DNA of 23,399 nucleotides, taken from IMG/VR virus record IMGVR_UViG_3300043313_001192, positions 153,598 through 176,996 of that record, one strand, 5' to 3'. The translations under genes were made by a program, and so were the position numbers. The notes below the pieces were generated by a model. That model saw only the letters and a program-made list of their open reading frames with translations. It searched no databases and was not told the origin of the DNA. The stretch's first letter is position 1; every line of letters starts with the position of its first letter. This document shows, piece by piece, positions 1-5,953 of this stretch. This DNA is from a virus. Lineage: Duplodnaviria > Heunggongvirae > Uroviricota > Caudoviricetes.

Positions 1-1
1 G

Positions 2-265
2 GCCGCTGCACTGGGTGGTCTCCAGGGGCACCTCCGCGGTGCCGAGGAACATCTGCTGGATCGCCAGCACCATCTGTTCGCAGTCGTGCGCGGTTGAGCC
101 AGTGGTCCAGTAGCGACGCGCCGGGAGCGGTACGTTGACCTTGGTCTCGTAGTGCTCGACGATGTCGCGCATCGCTTGATCGACGAACACCGGGATCCGG
201 AAGTCCGCTGCTTCGGGAGGCCACTCAGGGCGCCAGTCGGGAGGCGGCTCTTCAATGATGGTCAT
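2..265 (-). CDS. 3'-truncated neck/tail-completion (tail terminator-like) protein; first 88 aa; not in the ORF track
   Basis: ATG at 265 after GGAG (CTGGAGTGAGCCCATG). Read by hand, the frame is open to the window edge: MTIIEEPPPDWRPEWPPE...PARRYWTTGSTAHDCEQMVLAIQQMFLG. Product is inferred from position and a recalled G..A.DC.Q pattern. Confidence 0.6.
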   Translation of the reverse strand, partial: MTIIEEPPPDWRPEWPPEAADFRIPVFVDQAMRDIVEHYETKVNVPLPARRYWTTGSTAHDCEQMVLAIQQMFLGTAEVPLETTQCSG

Positions 266-269
266 GGGC

Positions 270-704
270 TCACTCCAGGACCTTCTTCAGCTCGCCAGTC
301 AGCCCGTGGCGCGGCCGGTCATCGGCCTGTTCCTTGTCCAGGGCAGCCTGGGCGCGCTTCTTGTCACCGCCGACCCAGCGCAGGATCTCAGCAGTCGTCC
401 CGTCCGGTACGGGCTCGGCGTCATCGGAGGAATCGTCGTCCTCGTCCTCGTCTCCGTCCGAGGTCTGCTGCTCGTCGGAAGTCTGCTCGTTGGTCTGCGC
501 CGGAGGCTGCCCGGACTCCTGCCCCGACTGCTGAGCACTGGTCTGCTGCCTCGCTGCCTGCTCTGAGGACTGATCCTTGGCCGACTTGTGCTGGGTCTGG
601 CTGTCCTTGGCGTGTACGACCTCCACGTCGTCTCCTTCCGTGGTCTCCTGCGTGCTCTCCTGCTTGCTCTTCTTGCCCTTCTTGTCCTTGTTCCTGAAGC
701 TCAT
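270..704 (-). CDS. 144-aa largely disordered protein with a short C-terminal helical module; start revised from 806 to 704
   Basis: GGAG 6 nt before ATG 704 (MSFRNKDKK); this start removes a 65-nt overlap with the adaptor gene. K-rich N-terminus, Q/S/E/D-rich middle, C-terminal ILRWVGGDKKRAQAALDKEQADDRPRHGL. Confidence 0.75.
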   Translation of the reverse strand: MSFRNKDKKGKKSKQESTQETTEGDDVEVVHAKDSQTQHKSAKDQSSEQAARQQTSAQQSGQESGQPPAQTNEQTSDEQQTSDGDEDEDDDSSDDAEPVPDGTTAEILRWVGGDKKRAQAALDKEQADDRPRHGLTGELKKVLE

Positions 705-741
705 GGTGCTCTCCGTTCGAGTAGGTGGCTGGTCCTGGACT

Positions 742-1509
742 TCATCCGCGTCGTGTGCGCGCACGAGGGATGTCTGGGCTGAACACGCGCGGTCGCAACC
801 GGGCACCGTCCGGGTTGACCGCAGCCAGGAACAGGTCGACCTGGTAGATCCCGGTGCGTCCCTTGTCCAGGAACTCCTGCGGGTCCAGCAACGTCCAGGA
901 CACGCCCTGGCGGGAGACCTGGGTGACCCGCTGGGGCAGCTCGCACTCCTCGCTGTCGGTCATCGCCAAGACGTACTGGTCGGCCAGTGCCTTGGCCGCC
1001 ATCTGGCCCATCACCGGCGCAGCCGTTCCGTAGCGGTAGGTCACCTCGACGTCGTCGCAGGTGTTCCAGCACTCGTTCGGCGAGGCGATGAAGCTGGTGT
1101 CGTAGATGGCGTACGCGTCCGATCCCAGCTCACCGCCACCAACCTTGACCGAGGTCACCTCCAGCACCGGGGCACCGCGCAGCCGCAGCAGGTGGGTGCA
1201 GCCGCAGGTGCTGCACATTCCCCCGATCCGGTTGGTGATCACCCCGTGGCGCAGTTCGGGATACATGATCGAGTAGCCGCTGGGGCCGGGCAGCGGTGGG
1301 CGCTGGTGCGGACCGTAGTAGCTGCTCAGCCCGATCTGGTCGAGGCCGACTTGGCAGTACTCCTCGGTGGTGGTGCGCACGCCGCCGTACTTCCGGCCGG
1401 ACAGGTGAAAGAGCACGAACGACGCTGCGTCGATCGCGTCCTGGGCGAGGATGGGGTCGAGCGTGGCGCCATCATGCAGCTGATCAGTGGTGATCCACGC
1501 GGCGACCAT
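742..1509 (-). CDS. Head-to-tail adaptor (connector) protein, 255 aa
   Basis: RBS GGGAGAGG. Motifs AS..LF.LSGR, CGC, C.LPQRVTQVSRQGVS, G.TGI..VDLF...VNP, VFSPD recalled from actinophage adaptors; syntenic with the major tail gene. Confidence 0.75.
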   Translation of the reverse strand: MVAAWITTDQLHDGATLDPILAQDAIDAASFVLFHLSGRKYGGVRTTTEEYCQVGLDQIGLSSYYGPHQRPPLPGPSGYSIMYPELRHGVITNRIGGMCSTCGCTHLLRLRGAPVLEVTSVKVGGGELGSDAYAIYDTSFIASPNECWNTCDDVEVTYRYGTAAPVMGQMAAKALADQYVLAMTDSEECELPQRVTQVSRQGVSWTLLDPQEFLDKGRTGIYQVDLFLAAVNPDGARLRPRVFSPDIPRARTRRG

Positions 1510-1531
1510 GCTCTCATCCTCTCCCTTGACC

Positions 1532-1568
1532 TCGTGGGGCGGCGGCTACGCTCACGCCGCCCCCACGA
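1532..1568 (-). terminator. GC-rich stem-loop after the major tail gene, no U-tract
   Basis: + strand tcgtggggcggcg (1532-1544), 10-nt loop, then cgccgcccccacga (1555-1568): 13-bp stem with one bulged base, in the 71-nt gap after the TAG. Confidence 0.6.
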
Positions 1569-1580
1569 AGTTGACGAGGA

Positions 1581-2336
1581 CTACGGCGTCGTGTCCTCGG
1601 CGATGATGTCGTCCGAGTCACCTGCCGCGTCGGAGAAGGGCACCGCCGTCGGAGTTCCGGTGGTCCAGTTCCACATGCCGCGCGCCACGTCGGGGAACCC
1701 ATCGGTGCGTGCGTACATGTAGGGACGGTCGGTGACCGAAGGCCACGACCACTGGGTGTTCGGCGTGGTGGAACCAGACGTGTCCGGCCCTTCGCCGAAC
1801 GCAGCGTTGCCGACGCCGAATCCCTCGTAGGTGTTGGCCAGCAGCCCGTTCTCGATCACCCGGTCACCACTGAGGCGGGTCTTCACGTAGGGGAAGACCC
1901 AGTGGAAGTACGGGTTCGGGTTGGCGGGCTTGCCTGCCACGATCGCCCGGCTCCAGACCTCGACGGCAACACCGTCACCGGACGGGTCCTCACCGACCTG
2001 GGCCGAGGCCCAGCCGAGTGGCTCCGTGTTCGGTGCGGTACCCCCGGCGAGCACTACACCACCGGAGAGCATCTGGGACAGGATGGGGTCGGGGTCACAG
2101 ACCGCGACCTCCATCGTGACGCGCTTCAGGGTGTCGGGTGCCTTGAAGGTGACGCAGACGGTGCCGTCTGCGTTCTTCTCGGTGATCTCGTCGCCCTCTT
2201 CGTACTCAGGGGTGAACGAGACGCGGATGAACGACTTCGAGGTGTAGGACTCAGCTGCTACGAGTCCGCCCGTGTTGTTCAGCTTGGTAACGCGAATGGC
2301 CACACCCTGCACTGATGCGGCGTAGTCCTCTGCCAT
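1581..2336 (-). CDS. Major tail (tube) protein, 251 aa
   Basis: RBS GAGGAG. IRVTKL...FIRV...EYEEGDEI.EKNA.G.VC....LKR...VC..DP pattern recalled from actinophage major tail proteins; position after the capsid genes. Confidence 0.8.
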   Translation of the reverse strand: MAEDYAASVQGVAIRVTKLNNTGGLVAAESYTSKSFIRVSFTPEYEEGDEITEKNADGTVCVTFKAPDTLKRVTMEVAVCDPDPILSQMLSGGVVLAGGTAPNTEPLGWASAQVGEDPSGDGVAVEVWSRAIVAGKPANPNPYFHWVFPYVKTRLSGDRVIENGLLANTYEGFGVGNAAFGEGPDTSGSTTPNTQWSWPSVTDRPYMYARTDGFPDVARGMWNWTTGTPTAVPFSDAAGDSDDIIAEDTTP

Positions 2337-2351
2337 TTTCTAGCTCCTCAG

Positions 2352-3221
2352 CTATGTCAGTGAGACCGTGGCTCCGACGTGGCAACAGCCGTCGAACGTG
2401 ACTGCCACCAGTCGCTCGGCTCGCAGGTGGAACTCGTTGCGTTGGACGTTGGCCATCTGGGCAAGTTCGTCGGTGATCATCGACGTCGGACCGAGATGCA
2501 CCACCACCGGACCAGTGCCGTAGATCGCCGACTCGGTGGGGTCACTCGACTGCCCCGCATAACCCGCACCGACCACGACGCGCGAGCCTGCGAACGTCCA
2601 CAGCTCGCCGTTGACGTCTTGCAGGCTGGAGTCGAGCAGAGACGCCACCGCGGGTGCGATGTGGATCGTCCCCTGGACGCCCGGCAGACAAGCCGCCATC
2701 GCGTCTTCGACCATCCCCAGTGCCGCCTTGGCAGGCACACCCTGGTTGCCCGTCACCATTTCGGCGTCTCGGTTCAGTGCCTTGGAATCCTGGTTCGAGC
2801 CGCCGACCCACAGCTCCCGCTCGGCACCCTTGATGGAGAGGAACTCCAGGACGTCGAGCAGGTGCTGCTTGGACTCTGGCCGCTTGGCGTGCAGCGTGTT
2901 CGTGCACGTGTCTTCGGCCTGCACCAGGAATGGGTAGACCTGCTCCCAGCGGTCGGCCATATCCTCCTGGCCGTCAGTCAGCTCGGTGACGCCCTGCTGG
3001 GCGTCGGAGTCGACTGGTGCTGGAGGCTGCCCGTTGGCGTTGGCCACGATCCCGCACCACACCCAGGTCTCACCCCGGATGCCACACAGCCCGTTCTCCT
3101 GCTCGAACCCGGCACCCCAGGTCTGCTCGTTCTCGCCGTGCCGGATGACCGTGGCCCCAGCCTCCAAGCCGTAGCGAGGCGCGACGAGATCCACTGCGGG
3201 CATTACTCCGGTGAACGCCAT
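2352..3221 (-). CDS. Probable second capsid protein (pentamer/vertex-type, degenerate HK97 fold), 289 aa
   Basis: GGAGG 4 nt before ATG 3221 (the track GTG at 3224 is 1 nt from the RBS). Directly follows MCP. Contains IH..P, VVVGAGY, IYGTGPV, RNE....AERLVAV motifs. Confidence 0.6.
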   Translation of the reverse strand: MAFTGVMPAVDLVAPRYGLEAGATVIRHGENEQTWGAGFEQENGLCGIRGETWVWCGIVANANGQPPAPVDSDAQQGVTELTDGQEDMADRWEQVYPFLVQAEDTCTNTLHAKRPESKQHLLDVLEFLSIKGAERELWVGGSNQDSKALNRDAEMVTGNQGVPAKAALGMVEDAMAACLPGVQGTIHIAPAVASLLDSSLQDVNGELWTFAGSRVVVGAGYAGQSSDPTESAIYGTGPVVVHLGPTSMITDELAQMANVQRNEFHLRAERLVAVTFDGCCHVGATVSLT

Positions 3222-3271
3222 CACGCCTCCCTTCGACTTCCTCGACTTGTCACGTCAGCTCGCAGCGCGGG

Positions 3272-5320
3272 CTACGGCGTGACCTCGGTCAGGTCGGACG
3301 CCGATCCGGTCGGGACCAGGTTGGAGGTGATGTGCACCGACTCCCCGCCGACGTGCGCGAGGTTGTAGAACGACTCGGTGAACTCGCAGTAGGTGTTGTT
3401 CGCGACGTGAGCGCTGTCGCGAATGACACCGAGATCGAGCGTGCCGCCGTCCAGCACCAGCCAGGTGCCCTCGGCGAACATGTCCCACTCGACCGTCTCG
3501 GGGAACCCGGTCGTGGTCTCCAGGACCCAGTCGTTGCCTGCGCCTCCGGCGTTGCTGTCCTCCCAGTCAGGGAAGGGCGAGCCCCACGCGGCCTCCATCG
3601 ACCAGGTGATGTTGATGTTGCGCGCGCTGAACCACTGGTTCAGTCGCGCGTCGGTCAGCGCCATCACCTCGTTGAGTCCGTCGCCAGGCATCTGGTAGGA
3701 GATGTCGGCGCGGATCAGGTCGTGGATCCAGTACGGCATGACCACGCGGAAGGACTGCGTGGGCGAGATCCGGTTGCGGTACCGCAGCACCGACGCGACC
3801 TTGTCGACCTGGCCGAGGATCTCCCGAGCAGCGCCGAGCGTCTGGTTGGCGGTGACCGTCTGGGTCGCGCCCGCCTTCAGCTTGGACAGGAAGAACTGCT
3901 CGGTGGACCGGGCGTGCTGCACCAGGGCCAGCTCGTTGTGCGCCTTGACCAGCTCGGGGAAGACCCGGCCGGTGAGGTTGTCGAAGCACAGGCAGACCGA
4001 GACCGCTTCGAGCACGGCCTCCTCGAACGGCAGGCACTGGACCGGGAGACAGGGCTTCTCGCCTCGCGGGTTGGAGCCGTCCAGGTCGGTGACGTTGCTG
4101 GCCGGGTCACCCAGGGGGTCCCAGACACCGATGGCGCCGTCGTAGTCGGCCTCGGGAAGCAGCGGGCTCGGGTAGAACCGGATGCCACCTCGGTCGGCGG
4201 TGAACCGGGGGAGAGAGTCCTGCACCGGGGTGTCGGTGGAACCGATGCCGTCGATGTCGTAGCGGATCTCCAGCGGGATGCAGGCCCCAGCGGCGGCCGT
4301 GATGGCCTCGATACCGGCGACCTTCTGGATCTTGTCCCAGTTGCCTTCGGTGTCGCCGGGGTTGAGTACCCGGTCCTCGGGGTAGCTCGCCGTGAGCGTC
4401 GCAACGGTGTACTGCTGACCGTTGGGAGACGAGACACGGGAGAGGTTCTGCAGACGCTTCATGAAAGCGTTGGTGACCTGCGAAGAGCTGGTCAGCTCGG
4501 TACCGGCACTGATGCCGGGGATGTCAGCCCCTGCCGTGATGGCCACGCTCGCGTGTTCGCGCGGAACAGGCCGGTTCTCGGCGGGCGGCGTGACGACCAC
4601 GTCGGATGCGGAGGCTGCCACTGGGATCTCCTCGGGTAGGGCAGGTGGGTTGGTGGACTCTGCTGCGGGCTCGGCGGGCACCTCGGCCGGAGGTGCTTCC
4701 GTGCTCACTTCGGCCGTGACCTCGTTGCTCGGAGGGTCAGGCACGTTCTCGGGGCCGGTCGGCTCGTTCTCTGGCGTCGACGGCTCGTTGTCGGGCGTCG
4801 GGTCAGATGCGGGCGCGGGCGTGGGAGTCGAGTCCTCGACCTCGGCGAAGGTTCCAGCCGGTACGGCCTTCTTCTTCTTCTCCTCCTCGGTCTCCTCCGG
4901 AGCCTCGCCCGCGGGATCGGGATCGGGGGTAGGTGGAGCGCCCTCGGGGGGCGGGACGTCCGTGGGTGCCTCGGCCGGAACATCGGAGGGATCCGCGGTC
5001 GGCTCGGCGTCGACGGGGGCGCTGTCATCGGCAGGCGGGTTCTCCCCGTCGGCGGGGTCCTCGTCCTGCTTGGGCTTGACGCGGGAGGCGGCCTCGGCGG
5101 CACGCTGCTCCAGGTCCTTCGCTGCGGCGACCCTGTTGTGCTGCTCGCCTCGTACTGCGTCGAGGGCGTCAGCCAGAGCCGTCATGGAATCGACTACCTG
5201 AGCCGTTGGCTCCTGCTTCTCGACCGTCTCGAACTCGGAGATGATCTTGCTTTCCAGATCGGAAAGCTGTCCCTCGTCGAGGTCGGAGAGCCGGTCGAGC
5301 ATCTCCTTGATGCCATCCAC
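3272..5320 (-). CDS. Major capsid protein (HK97 fold) with about 340-aa N-terminal scaffold region, 682 aa
   Basis: GTG start, GGAG 6 nt upstream. Helical N-terminus, acidic Pro-rich linker, then AGACIP..IRYD, LP.F.A.RGGIRF, C..FDN...R.FPE, GG.LDLGVIRDS....N.Y..F.E capsid-type motifs. Confidence 0.9.
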   Translation of the reverse strand: MDGIKEMLDRLSDLDEGQLSDLESKIISEFETVEKQEPTAQVVDSMTALADALDAVRGEQHNRVAAAKDLEQRAAEAASRVKPKQDEDPADGENPPADDSAPVDAEPTADPSDVPAEAPTDVPPPEGAPPTPDPDPAGEAPEETEEEKKKKAVPAGTFAEVEDSTPTPAPASDPTPDNEPSTPENEPTGPENVPDPPSNEVTAEVSTEAPPAEVPAEPAAESTNPPALPEEIPVAASASDVVVTPPAENRPVPREHASVAITAGADIPGISAGTELTSSSQVTNAFMKRLQNLSRVSSPNGQQYTVATLTASYPEDRVLNPGDTEGNWDKIQKVAGIEAITAAAGACIPLEIRYDIDGIGSTDTPVQDSLPRFTADRGGIRFYPSPLLPEADYDGAIGVWDPLGDPASNVTDLDGSNPRGEKPCLPVQCLPFEEAVLEAVSVCLCFDNLTGRVFPELVKAHNELALVQHARSTEQFFLSKLKAGATQTVTANQTLGAAREILGQVDKVASVLRYRNRISPTQSFRVVMPYWIHDLIRADISYQMPGDGLNEVMALTDARLNQWFSARNINITWSMEAAWGSPFPDWEDSNAGGAGNDWVLETTTGFPETVEWDMFAEGTWLVLDGGTLDLGVIRDSAHVANNTYCEFTESFYNLAHVGGESVHITSNLVPTGSASDLTEVTP
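4271..4295. repeat. 25-bp direct repeat, copy 1 (in MCP); copy 2 at 6539..6563
   Basis: cagcgggatgcaggcccca-g-cggcg versus cagcgggatgcaggcccca-c-cggcg: 19 bp exact, 24/25 overall, same frame. Confidence 0.9.
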
Positions 5321-5399
5321 TGCTGACTCCAGGGTCAGATGGGGACTCTCATGACGGTCGTGCGACGTGGGCTCTCAACCGGCCCCAGTGGGTGTTGGG

Positions 5400-5408
5400 A
5401 CTGTACCA
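5400..5408 (-). promoter_or_regulatory. Putative extended -10 element (TGGTACAGT) upstream of MCP
   Basis: Matches TGnTAnnnT in an 88-nt intergenic gap; no clear -35. Confidence 0.45.
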
Positions 5409-5414
5409 CTAAAC
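5402..5414. repeat. 13-bp AT-rich motif TGTACnnCTAAAC, copy 1; inverted copy at 11430..11442
   Basis: TGTACCACTAAAC (+) versus TGTACACCTAAAC (reverse complement of 11430-11442); 11/13 identical. Confidence 0.6.
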
Positions 5415-5573
5415 ACCGGGCGTGCCGCTGGGTGGCGGAGACTCCTGTGCAGCAGGGGGATTCGGCTGAACGGTGCCCATGTTCCGCAGTCCACGCATCC
5501 TGATCCAGGCGATCGAGATGGTGGAGATGGTCGTGATCGCCAGGATCAGCACTTCTCTGGTGTTGTCGTCCAT
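5409..5573 (-). CDS. 54-aa single-TM protein (below the ORF-track cutoff)
   Basis: TGATG overlap with the upstream stop; AAGGAG upstream. MDDNTREVLILAITTISTISIAWIRMRGLRNMGTVQPNPPAAQESPPPSGTPGV*: hydrophobic segment followed by basic residues. Confidence 0.7.
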   Translation of the reverse strand: MDDNTREVLILAITTISTISIAWIRMRGLRNMGTVQPNPPAAQESPPPSGTPGV

Positions 5574-5932
5574 CAGCGTCGCCGCTCCTTGGTCTGGTCC
5601 TGGACCAGGAACGCGCCGTAGCCGGTGAACATCCCGGCCAGCAGGAACAGCGCGATCCCCGCGCGTCGAGTCGGATCGTCGGCGGTGTCGACCAGGTAGA
5701 ACAGCAGCGTCGTGAACCCGGCCCAGCCGACGAGCAGGAAGGCGAACTCCTCACCAGGAACCTTCACGCTCGGCACGCTGTAGATGATCAGGCCGAGTAT
5801 CGCGAGGCCCGCGACAACCACCACGAACCACTCGCCCCATTGGATGGTGTCAGTCGGGTACACGGCGAAGAAGATGATCCCGACGCAGTAGAGGAAGGAC
5901 GCAACCGTCAGCACCGTCCGCCACCTGGTCAT
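5573..5932 (-). CDS. 119-aa four-TM membrane protein (holin-like by topology only)
   Basis: RBS GGGGAG 5 nt before ATG; four hydrophobic segments; charged C-terminus KERRR. Confidence 0.8.
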   Translation of the reverse strand: MTRWRTVLTVASFLYCVGIIFFAVYPTDTIQWGEWFVVVVAGLAILGLIIYSVPSVKVPGEEFAFLLVGWAGFTTLLFYLVDTADDPTRRAGIALFLLAGMFTGYGAFLVQDQTKERRR

Positions 5933-5953
5933 GCCTGCTCCCCTACCCGTCGA

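Noticed and set aside
420-560. Short tandem-like DNA repeats (ctcgtc, gtctgct), also in the MCP linker at about 4640-5060
   Set aside because: Explained by low-complexity D/E/Q/P codon runs; no constant repeat-spacer period, so not CRISPR or VNTR.
705-806. Track start at 806 for the disordered protein
   Set aside because: Overlaps the adaptor gene by 65 nt; ATG 704 has a well-spaced GGAG.
5335-5754. 139-aa minus-strand ORF in the track
   Set aside because: Overlaps the 4-TM gene out of frame and looks like low-information sequence; the 54-aa TGATG-coupled ORF with an RBS explains the interval better.
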